A stretch of 47,866 nucleotides of DNA from Pelomyxa schiedti (taxonomy: Eukaryota > Protista > Evosea). The DNA lies in assembly GCA_020536535.1 (NCBI GenBank), contig JAHLWZ010000917.1:1-47866 (forward strand), in the 5' to 3' direction. Positions within the stretch are counted from its first letter, which is position 1. Every line of letters begins with the position of its first letter. A program made the translations under genes and the position numbers. Below the pieces are notes generated by a model. The model was not told the origin of the DNA and made no database searches. It saw only the letters and a list, made by a program, of their open reading frames with translations. This document shows positions 23,141 to 33,980 of this stretch, one piece after another.

Positions 23141-24849
23141 ATGTGCAAGTGGTGCCGAATATTCCGTCAGTACGAGGGCAAGGTGCCAAAGAGGCACATA
23201 GTGAACGTGGTGTGCTGCGACGACGCCAAGTTCGACCGCGCCACGTCGCTGCTGTGCCGCGAGCTGGCCTACCGCGCCTCCGCCCCCAAGCCCATAGTGC
23301 CGTCGCGCCCCCTCCTCCCTCCCAGGGAGCGCACCCCTCCCCCTCGCCCTGTTGATGGTGATGACGAGGACGAGGACGCCGAGGAGGAGGACGACGACGA
23401 CGAGGACGCCGAGGAGGAGGACGACGACGACGACGACGACGATGACGATGATGATGACGATGACGACGACGAGGAGGAGGAGGCGGCGCGGGCCGAGGCG
23501 GTGGCGGAGATGGAGGCGGCGCACGTGGACGCGGGGATGATGATGATGGAGGCGGCGCAGAGGCTGAGGCCGCTGGACCACGTGGTGGCGCTGGCCTGGT
23601 CGTCGTTCTACTGGCGCCGCGGGCTGCGAGACGAGGCCGTGGCCTACGCTAGGAAGGCGGTATGCGAAAGCTTCCTGGGTTGTATGGCAATGTATATCTA
23701 CTACANNNNNNNNNNNNNNNNNNNNNNNNNNNNNNNNNNNNNNNNNNNNNNNNNNNNNNNNNNNNNNNNNNNNNNNNNNNNNNNNNNNNNNNNNNNNNNN
23801 NNNNNCTAAATGCAATCGAGGGTTTGTACTTCAGCATTCATATTTCGCAGATAGTAACACAACCCAACAGAAATCGCTTTTTATCAAACTCCTTTTACTG
23901 TGGCAGATATGAGGCGTGTATGTAGAGGTAGTACGCTCTCTCAGCATTTTCCTAGCTACTCATTGACACAGACTGGTACTATGCACTCTCCACACGTGAT
24001 TTCAAGCGGGACTATCTCATTCAACAGCACATGTTCAAGCCAGATGTTACTGATCCAACAATTGACTGGCCACATGAATTTGATACCTTCAATTCATCAT
24101 TCCTTCAGCTTCGTTCGCTGCTCCGATTTGAAAGAACAGAAAAAGTATTAAAAACAGGCTTCTTAGTTCCAATCTTCCATACACCCCTGTGTACCCTTGA
24201 TGGTAATCCACATTACGTTATTAGGCATGCCACATAGTGACCTGACCCTCACAGATATTTGCACCTTTGAGGAAAAGAATCACGTTTCAATGCCTAATGC
24301 GATGCGCTATCACATCTTAATTCAAAATGGAATTCAAATGGAGCTAAAGGATGTGACCTTTGTACTGCTTCGGCTGGAGGACTTCACTCCTTACAAACTG
24401 TTCAATGTGTGCTTTGGTCCATTTCGGGCGAAAAACTTTTTATTAGCTTACAAATTCAAAAATAGATTTCGTTCCAAAGCAATATCAAACAGCAGAAAGT
24501 CTGTAGCACCCCTGAGCACAAGTTTTACGTGGGCAGAGTGTACAGAGGATTGGATTGGTCAGAGGAGATAATTCTTGTTGTAAACTTGGATCCTACAGAT
24601 CCTGCTTTGTACGGGCAAATTATATGCCTTTTACCTGTAAGTGTCAGTAATTACCCTTTGGCCAGCCCTCTCACTTGGTTCTCAAACCAGGGAAACACCG
24701 TTTGCGGTGTTTACAAAGATTATGCCGAGTTGATTTCCAGTATGCTCCGTCTTTACTATTCTTATTTTGTTGGATTCTTTGAAGAGACAGAACAAAGGTT
24801 TCTTTCCTCTTTTTCAGAGGTTTTTTTTACATTGACTTCCTGCAAATAA
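23141..24849 (+). CDS. Putative F-box + SMI1/KNR4-domain protein with poly-Asp/Glu tract (spans the N gap at 23706-23805)
   Basis: Acidic tract 23355-23480; F-box-like end ADMRRVCR|DWYYALS; SMI1/KNR4-like ICTFEEKNHVSMPNAMRYHILIQNG...ILVVNLDPTDPALYGQII...VYKDYAELI. Confidence 0.6.
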
Positions 24850-24972
24850 AAAGGAAAAAAGAAGCCGTAGCGGAAAGAAAGAAGAATAAGTTCGCCAATA
24901 TGACAAAGAAGGTGGGGCTACCTCACTATGGCCGTTTCCGCCTTCCACAACCACACCACTCGTGAGAGAGCA

Positions 24973-25322
24973 TCAATCAACGTTTTCGACTTTAACTTCT
25001 TTGCTTGGCTGCTCGCTTTTGTTCGTTCTTAGGGCGATTTCCTCTGCATTTGTGTTGTTAAGTACCACAATAAAGACACTTTAACAGGAGTACACACTCT
25101 CCACATGTGCCATAACAGAATGAACATCTTCCAAAAAGAAAAGATCTCCTTGTCTCACATACACCTCCTCAAATAATAAAATACAATGTTTCAGTGCCAT
25201 CGAAAGTAAACGAGCAGGGGAAGTACTCTGCCTGGCTTGACAGATTTCAGTTCTTGCATTTGGGCTTTGAATATTCGTAACTGCTGCTCCCTCATCCCCG
25301 ACGATTCCGGTTTGGACGCCAT
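24973..25322 (-). CDS. 78-aa beta-prefoldin-like microprotein resembling ASDURF (3 exons: 25322-25227, 25167-25098, 25043-24973)
   Basis: Two GT..AG introns (59 and 54 nt) give an open frame MASKPESSGMREQQLRIFKAQMQELKSVKPGREVYVRQGDLFFLEDVHSVMAHVEKEIALRTNKSEQPSKEVKVENVD*. EL..K..R.VY..Q...FFL.D resembles ASDURF. Confidence 0.72.
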
Positions 25323-25451
25323 CGCAATTTGATCAAAAGACTGCTATCAGATCTCTGTCGAATTCAGGACTCTTTGAGTAGTACCCGTGGAATCTGAGAA
25401 CTACCGTCGGGGGGACCGGCCCCTTCCACAGCACAAATGCCCCAGAGACCA

Positions 25452-25471
25452 CATGTCAAGTGCTTGACATG
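25452..25471. promoter_or_regulatory. Perfect dyad CATGTCAAG-TG-CTTGACATG in a bidirectional promoter
   Basis: 9-bp inverted arms, near-centred between divergent ATGs at 25322 (-) and 25579 (+). Function is inferred. Confidence 0.4.
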
Positions 25472-25578
25472 GGGAGACAAGGTCACATCACATTTCGGTG
25501 CTTAAAAAGAAAAGTCGAACCAAAGAAACATAAAATTATTAAAAATCCTCACTCACCTCAACATCCAAGAAGATCTTC

Positions 25579-28500
25579 ATGGCTAACACCACAAGTTGTG
25601 AGGGACCCACGGATGGAACCAAGATCATACAATGGGACTCGTGGCTGGCTCCCTACGCAGAGATCTTACGTTCAAGGTAGGAGAATTTATTTTTATTGTT
25701 ACACCCGACGAGATTTCGTAACTTACGACCGTAACAAAAACCAGGTACGCGCGGTATTTGGAGTTAAAGGACAATTTGGAGAGGAGCGAAGGAGGATTGG
25801 TGCAGTTCGCTCATTCGTGAGTTTCATTTTTTCGTAGTTCATTTCCCTTCTCAGTACTTTGTAGATACCAGCGTTACGGATTCAACCGCACACGAGACGC
25901 GAACAATCAAGAGGGAATAAGTTTCCGGGACTGGGCACCTGGAGGTACGGCGCTGTGATTTGTTCATTCGTTAATAATCCTTCAGCGCATTCGCTTTCTC
26001 TTATCGGCGAGTTCAATCACTGGGACAGAAGCCTAAACCCTTTGGAACGGTTTGCGTTGCATGTCTCCTTGTTATCGTTTATTATTTACCAGGGACCAAT
26101 TTGGTAATTGGTCTACATTTCTTCCTGACCGAGATGGAACCCCAGTCATTCCTCATGGGTCCAAAGTGAAGGTTGGTTTCTCTATCAAACTTCAACCTTA
26201 CACCTAACAGTTGGCTCTGCAATTCGCTGACGGACACTGGGAGACAAGAATACCGTGTTGGATAAGAAGAGTAGTGCAAGATACATGCCCAGAATTCGAT
26301 GGTACATTTGCATTACGTTGTCTTCTTTTTCTTAAATAGGCGAAGGCGTTTACTGGAAACCACCCTCTCCATATCACTGGCTCCATCCCTCTCCGGCAAG
26401 GCCAAGTAGCTTACGAATATATGAAGCCCATGGTAGTAGTTTTTTTTCTCTGCATACTCCCTAAGTGAAATTCCAGTTGGAATGGCTTCCGGGGAGCCTA
26501 AGGTGGCAACATATAAGGTAGATATGTGAGTCCACAACTCCGTAGGATTCTTATTCTTGTAGGAGTTCACTCGAAATATTATTCCCTATGTATCTCAATT
26601 AGGATACAACTGCATTGAGCTAATGGCTATCATGGAGCACGCTTATTACGGTTCTTTTGGCTATCAGGTTATACAATAGTTGTTTGCCGACCCTGGAATT
26701 GACTTATCCACAAAGGTTACTAACTTCTTTGCTGTAAGCAGTAGATATGGCACACCGGAAGGTAATAACTTTCCGAAGCTCGAATTTGTATCTTACACAA
26801 TGCAGATTTGAAGGAACTCGTAGATACATGCCATTCGTACGGCATTCTAGTTTTCCTTGATATTGTACACAGGTAAGAGTCTCCTTGCCTAAGTTCGCAA
26901 ATAACGAAAATTAACCAGTCACGCCTCCAATAATGTCATGGATGGCACGAACCAGTTTGACGGAACCGACAGTCACTTCTTCCATGGAGGAGGCAGAGGA
27001 AGACATGATGTATCCCTATACTCTAATAGTTTTTCCATCTCTTTCTTATGTGTCTCACAGATTTGGGATAGTCGCCTATTTAACTATGGTAAGAATATCA
27101 CTCATTGGGGTATTGATTTATGGTTTTAGGTAATTGGGAGACCCTACGGTTCCTCTTGTCGAATGTCGTTTGGTTCCTGGAAGAGTACAACTTCGATGGC
27201 TTCAGGTCATCCTCTACAGCATTAATCTCACTGACGTACGACACTATAGGTTTGATGGAGTAATGTCAATGTTGTATCACCACCATGGGATCGGAAACCA
27301 TTCTTACAACTACGACCACTTCTTTGGGGGTTCTGTAGACTCCGACGCACTTGCATATTTAATGCTGGTAAGGTCGCAAGCGTAAAATCTTTCCCCAATA
27401 ATTCATAGGCAAATGACGTAATTCATGCAGTCAGACCCAGCGCCCTAACTATTGGTTAGCATTACGTCCCTCTAAAACTGGCAATCTCATATTCCCATAG
27501 CAGAAGAAGTAAGTGGATTTCCAGGTCTTTGCAGGCCCCTATCAGAAGGTGGAGTTGGCTTTGACTACAGGTTGCAGATGGCCTGTCCCGATCTCTGGAT
27601 TTCTCTTCTTAAGGAGTTTAAGGTACAGCAGTATCTCCTCTTCATTAAAACTGAAATAATTGAGGATGATGATTGGAGGATGGACCGCATTGCATGGACT
27701 CTTGGTAACAGGTGAGTCCCATGATACATGTGATCTACATTAAACAACTTATTCCAAGGCGATGGAAAGAACCTTGCATAGCTTACTGTGAATCTCACGA
27801 TCAAGCCCTTGTAGGAGATAAGACTATATCATTTTGGCTTATGGATAAAGGCATGGAAGCTATGAAACTTTTATTCTAACCCGCATAGAAATGTATGACT
27901 GGATGTCAGTTACGCAGCCTTTGACTCCAATCATTGCTCGAGGCATTGGTCTCCATAAATTGATTAGGTTTATTACCTTTGTCATTGGTGGAGAAGGCTA
28001 CCTTTGCTTTATGGTTTCAAGTTCTCTACCAGAACTTTTTCTTACTCCTCTTCAGGGAAATGAGTTCGGGCATCCAGAGTGGGTGGACTTTCCAAGAGCT
28101 GGGAACAATGAAAGGTTGGTACAGTCCTATTTATTGGCTTTTCACAAAAACACTCAGTTACCACTATGCCCGTCGCCGATGGGACCTTGCCAAAGACACA
28201 CTATTACGTTATGCTCACCTTCTCGAATTTGATAAAGGAATGCTGTCTCTTGACATGAAATTCAACCTGTTATCTTCAGATCCTGTAAATTGCACTACAA
28301 ATGTGCGTGTGTTCTAACCCAGATGTTAGGCCTTCATAACTTTGACCCACGAGTCGGACAAAATTATTGTTGCCGAGAGGGCTGGGCTCATTTTTACCTT
28401 CAACTTTCATCCGACCACAAGTTTTGTGGATTACCCAATCCCAATGCGCCAGACTGGACAGTAAGCCAGCTTAACTGGTCACCTTTTAAAGCAACTCACC

Positions 28501-28725
28501 TTGTTCCAGGTTTGAAATTATCTTCCACAGCGACCTTGCAGGTAGCCAATGGATGGTGTTCAATTACCTCCCTAATTCCATCACGCAGGTTACGGGGGAC
28601 ACTGCCGAGTCTGTGACTCTATTGTCTATCACACGCAACCATTTGGAGTACACGGCCACCCTTACTCCATGAGGACTTACCTTCCCAATCGCTGTGCCAT
28701 CGTTTGGGCCAAGAAGAAGCACTAA
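25579..28725 (+). CDS. GBE1: 1,4-alpha-glucan (glycogen) branching enzyme, GH13, highly intron-split
   Basis: [107 protein letters not shown]; TAA 28723-28725. Confidence 0.96.
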
Positions 28726-28794
28726 AAAAGAATTCCGATCGGCTTTCATTCGCCGATTCTTTGATTTTTCTTTTCTGCCAATAAATTTGCTCCG

Positions 28795-31302
28795 ATGGGC
28801 GACGAACACCACGAAGCCAGCGAGGCTCCACCTGCAAGTAGCACGGCCGCCGTCGTCGTGCAAGGCAGGGGGTGCTGGGGGGCCTATTCTCTGGGCGCCC
28901 TCCTGAGAGTGAAGGACGTAAGCCACTGCGAGCCCGACACCATCGAGGCCGACCTGGGAGACGTGGAGATGGTGGCCGCGCCTTCTCCTTCCTCCTCGTC
29001 TTCGGTGCCTGAGGGGCCTCCTGCCACTGGCACTGGCACCGGCGGTGGGACGCCCAGCGATGGTAGCGGGGCGATGGTTGTGGAGGGGCCGGCGCCGCCG
29101 GAGAGAGCGCAGGGAGAGGCCGCGGGGGCCGAGGGGGTGGTGGTCACGGGGGAGGCAGGGAAGAGGTCGCTCAAGAGGAGACTGGGTATCTGGGATGTGA
29201 TCGTGTGCGGGTTGGGGGCCACGGTTGGGGCCGGGGTTTATTCACTTGTGGGAATCGCCGCCCAGGAAGCTGGTGTGCCTAATTTTTTTTTTTTTTTTCC
29301 CCCTTTTTTTTCTTTATGGGAAACCTCTCGCTCTCCATTTTTGCTTCTTGTTGGCGTTGGATTGAGTTTATTGGGGCTGACTTCGAATATCAAAAAAGGG
29401 CCAGCAATAGTGGTTTCTTTTTTGGTTGGAGGAATCGCTGGCTTGTTCACAGCATTTGTGTATGCCGAGTTTGCTGCCAGAGTCCCTGTGGCGGGAAGTG
29501 CATATACTTATGCATATGCAAGTTTTGGGGAGATTGTTGCATGGACGTGAGTATGGTCATTTTCATATCCTTCACCTCTACTTCAAGAGAGTAAAGTTTC
29601 TTATTTAACTTTGGTTTTTGAGAATTGGATGGACTCTCACACTTGAGTATGCAATATCTGTAGCTGTTGTGGCACGGGCATTTGGCGATTATTTTATACA
29701 ACTACTCCTTTCTTTTGATGTCCATGTACTCATTCTTACTTCTGTTATGTGATGACCTTCAACAGGTTCCGTCATGGATAAACTCGTGGTCGGCACTCTC
29801 GTTCAATTGCAGTCCTATTGCTGCAGTGTTAATAATGTTGTGCACGATCATTCTTACGACTGGAATTAGATATACAGCCATATTCAACGCTGTTGTAACA
29901 TGTATAAATGTAACCGTGTTACTTTTCGTAATCATTACAGGTTTCAGACAAGGTGTCAATACCTTTCACTTACATCATATTAAGGAAGTATACACGTGGA
30001 TCCCAGCAACTGGAAATGTGTAGATAATACTTTCTTCCCCTATGGTGTAAACTCTGTTATAAGTGCTGCTGGGCAACTTTTCTTCGCTTACATCGGATTT
30101 GATGCTGTATGTGGAAATGAAGGATATTACAATACAAATAGTGACTACCCTTTTAGGTGACAACAATTGCTGAAGAAGTAAAGAAGCCTTCCTATCTTCC
30201 TATTGGAGTTCTATCAACCCTGGGAATTTCTTGTTCATTATAGTTGTGTATTGGTAACCAATGTTGTTATTAACTCTTTAGTAGCATGGGGATATCCCTT
30301 GTGGTTACTGGCATGGCACCTTTTACTGCATTGAACGGTAATGCCTCGGTGGCACAAGCCTTTGATGTGGTAGGACTGCCTTGGGCTTCTAAAATTGTCT
30401 CAGCAGGAGCACTGTTTGGCTCCTTTGCGTCTGCTTTCACAGCATTACTGGGTCAGAGCAGGATATTTTTTCGAATTTCTCGTGATGTACTAGCTTTCTT
30501 AAATAAACTAAAGTGACAATCAGCAGGGTTTGCTCATACCAGCCTTTGGCAGTGTATCGAAGCTCACAAGAGCTCCAGTTATTGGCATTATATTAACAGG
30601 TTGGTTACCTTACCCGAAGTATTTCAAATCAAACACTCAACAGGTTTAATGACTGCATCAGTGGCCTTTTTTGCCTCTCTTGATCTATTGTCCAAGACAA
30701 TTTCCATAGGGACACTCTTAGCCTTTTGCGTTGTCAATGCTGGTGTACTGCTTACACGATATCACCATCAAAAACCCTGGATTACATACTGCCTCATTCT
30801 TTGGTTTTCAGTAGCTTTCTTCACCGGATGTATATCCCTTCACTTCAAGTATGTGCCATTTTCCCGTGCTCAGGAAATACAAACCAACAACTTGCAGTGC
30901 CCCCCTGTGGGTGTATATTCCACTATTGGTGATCTCAATACCACCCGTTTTTCTACTATGGTGGTTTGTGCCAAAGTTCACGCCAGCGTCCGCATTCTTA
31001 TGTCCGCTAATGCCCTTTACTCCCTTCATGGGTCTTGGTGTGAACCTGTTCCTTATTGTAGGTTTCTCCCATTCCACTTTTTCCACTGTCTAACCCGACA
31101 TTTTAAACCTTCAATTTAGTCAGGACTTGATGGGGGTGCTTGGTTGCGGCTTGTAGTGTGGACTGCAGTTGGGCTTGTAATTTACTTCACCTATGGAATA
31201 AGATACAGCAAGCTTAGGAAGCCACTTGAAATTCCTTCACTACGGGGTTTCTTCTGTTGCTCACCACAATACGGTGTGCTGTGTCCTTCTGTCCCTTCTT
31301 AA
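28795..31302 (+). CDS. Cationic amino-acid transporter (APC superfamily, SLC7/CAT type; multi-exon, 3' end approximate)
   Basis: GLGATVGAGVY, GPAIVVSF, YAEFAARVPVAGSAYTYAY, FFAYIGFDA, GQSRIFFRISRDG, SIGTLLAF, FLCPLMPFTP, IYFTYGIRYSKL. Confidence 0.92.
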
Positions 31303-31467
31303 CTCTCTAATCATCACCCACAGAAAAAATGACCGAGTAGAGCATGACACTAAGGTGCGTGTCTCTGGTTTTATTCTCGCCTGTGAATTGGACCGTAAAT
31401 AGAACAAACAGTAGATCTTTAAGAAACACAGTTACCGGAAATCGGCTTTTCTGTCTTTGGAGCGACG

Positions 31468-31725
31468 ATGAGCACGGACGCGCCGGCACAGGAAGGCACA
31501 GCGGGGACCGAAGCGGACGTCGACATTATGGGAAGCTGTGGCACCACGGAAAGCGAAACCGGCGACCAGAACAGCCCTGTCGTAGTCGGCGACGCCGTCG
31601 CCACCGAGAACGACGCCAGCACAGAGGGCGCGGACGAAGAGGAGGCAGCAGGCGAGGAAGCCGGCGAGGCCGAGGCTGAGGCCGAGACAGAGGGTGCCGG
31701 GAGCCCCGGGGGCGCGGAGCCTGGG

Positions 31726-31756
<31 letters not shown>

Positions 31757-33866
31757 ATGGGCAGGAGGGGGACGCAGAGGGCGAGGCGGAGGAGGCCGAC
31801 GCCACAGGGGCGAATGGAGAAGAGACCACAGCGGAGAGTGCTGGTGCTGGGGATGGGGCAGGGGCAGGGGCAGGGGCCGAGAGCGCCGGGGTGGGTGGTG
31901 TTGCTGATGTCGGTGGGGGGGCGGAGGCTGCTGCTGTTCCCGTGGTTGTGGGGCCAAGGACACCAGAGGGGTGTAAGTCGTTGGCTCAGTTGGTCGCTGA
32001 TGGTGACACTAAAGGATTGAAGAACGCTATAGAGGTAGAGGGCAGGCCTGCTGATGAAATGGACGTGGAGGGTGATACTGCTTTGCACATCGCCTCTTTC
32101 AAGGGCCTCATCAAGTATGTTCCCTTTTTTTTTTTTTACCCATAATTGTATTCTTTTTCTTTATTTGTGATGTTTAACCTATAGTGTGTTGCGGTACTTG
32201 CTGGATAAAGGAGGTAATCCCAACTGCAAGAACGGCTTGGGGTCTACGCCACTTCATCGTTTGGCTGTTAGCCCATTGCAAGATATACCAATGGCGACCT
32301 CACGAGTAGCAGACTTACTGTCACTGCTATTGTCAAAAGGTTTGTTTTTTTTTTTTTTCCCTCACAACTTAAACCTGTGTTAGGGGCAAACCCACTTGCT
32401 GTTAATAAATCTGGTGTTGTTCCACTTGACATAATGCCCCCAAAAGTTCGTTATCTTATGGAACCTTATATTCCTAAGATGGAAATGCAAGTGGGCCAAC
32501 AGTATGTGGCACTTGTAATTGGTATAACCCTACAACGATATTGTCATTAACAACGTACAAAGGGAGTGCTGGTAGTGTAATGCACTCGATTGAGGCCCAA
32601 TGTGGTGTGAGGCTTGTAGTTGGTGAATCCATCAATCACAACTGCACTATTACGATAATGGGCCCTGATGATGCCAGGAACAAAGCAAGACTGAGCATTC
32701 TCGAAATTGTTGATGTAAGCACCTAATCTGCTTTCACTGTTGTCCTTATTTTTGGAAGGCGTGCAAAAGAAGAGAAAAGCAAGTTGAGGACTGTCGTCGA
32801 ATGATTGCTGAAAAGGAAAGAAAAGAGAGGCTCCTCAGGGAGCAAGAACAACAGGAACGGGCAAGAAAAGAGAAAGAGCGCAAGGCTAAACAAGATATAG
32901 AAGTAACCCTCCCGGTGCCAACATCGAAACGTGAGGTACGAATTTCCGTCTCGTACTGATACTGAAAACACCTAGTATCTTGCTAGTTATCAGCTCACAC
33001 TGAGAGATAAATACAATATGGATTTGAATTTCGTCGAAGGTAAAGCAATGAATATGGTCTCCAAACTCACCTCAATGACAGACGAAACTGGACTGCAAGT
33101 TGTAGCCAAGGGAATGAGCACCAATTTTGGCAAAGCAGTAGAAGAAGTGAAGTCAATTATATCCTCAAAAAAGTTGGTGCCCCCGCCACCCACCATAGTC
33201 ACAACCACTGTGGAGTCAAAGGTGACAAACACCAAAATAACAATTCAAGTGACAAAGAATGCACCCGCAATCCCAGCCACAACTGCCGCACCAAAGGACA
33301 AAAAGAAGAAACAGCCCTCTTCAAAAACTCCGCAACTTTCCACATCCCCTCCTCCACAAAAAGCAGCTTCACCAACCCCAAGTAAGTCCCCTGCCTCACA
33401 GCCCACTACACGATACCCTCCACAGCAAACAGGCCCAGTGAAAACCGCACAAATTCACTTGCCAGCCTTTATTCAGACTCTCCCCACGACGTCAACAACA
33501 ACCGCTTCGTCGTCCTCACAATCACCAGCCCAAAAGAAAACAGCTCCTCCTCAGCAACAGCAACAGCAGCATCATCAACAACAACAACAGTCCGCCCCCT
33601 GGGTTTTCTGGTCTCCTTTTGTCAACTCTCAATATTTTTGGGAGGTGCCGACGCAAAAGAACGTCATCTCGGATCTTGGTATGTGGGCTGTATGCTTTTT
33701 TCCGTTATTTACCATTCGCAGCCTGACCTTGGTGTTACGTCGCCAAAGTGCGACTGGATGCAGCCATTGCAAAAGCAAAAGCGCTGCACCCTACAGCATC
33801 CATTAGGGTACTTCTCCTTTTTAATTGAAAATGTTACTATGCACCATTTAGGCGGTGGCTTCCTGA
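31468..33866 (+). CDS. Ankyrin-repeat + KH-domain protein with acidic N-terminus, coiled coil, P/Q-rich region and terminal FrnE-like UxxC segment (ends 33726 if TGA is a stop, 33866 if recoded)
   Basis: Ankyrin repeats GDTALHIASFKG...GSTPLHRL...GANPLAVNKSG; KH domain VALVIG|SAGSVMHSIEAQCGV...ITIMGPDDARNKARLSI. Hand-splicing is continuous through KERKERLLREQEQ into ORF 33018 and on to NVISDLA-TGA. Confidence 0.75.
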
Positions 33867-33980
33867 GAAAAGGAAACCCCCACCAAGTCTTTCCCTCGTC
33901 TTTTTTCTCTTTCTCACTCCTTCGCGGGGGCGAGAGTTGTGAACCGAGGCCGCGGTGGCTTCCTGATCCAAGGAAACCCC
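33852..33980. repeat. Two copies of a 29-bp hairpin-forming motif GCGGTGGCTTCCTGA-nnn-AAGGAAACCCC, 100 bp apart
   Basis: 33852-33880 and 33952-33980 are 26/29 identical and differ only in the loop. Confidence 0.85.

Noticed and set aside
24529-24571. Apparent frameshift between ORFs 24197-24571 and 24529-24849
   Set aside because: Resolved by an ordinary intron ending ...aaaaatag (~24465) that puts ISFQSNIKQ...FYVGRVYRG in frame.
31419-32088. Long antisense ORFs over the acidic exon of the ankyrin-KH gene
   Set aside because: Shadows of a GC-rich low-complexity exon with no independent motifs.
33852-33980. Hammerhead ribozyme (CTGA...GAAAC) or CRISPR-like repeat
   Set aside because: No CUGAnGA core with stem II; only two copies, no cas genes, eukaryotic context.
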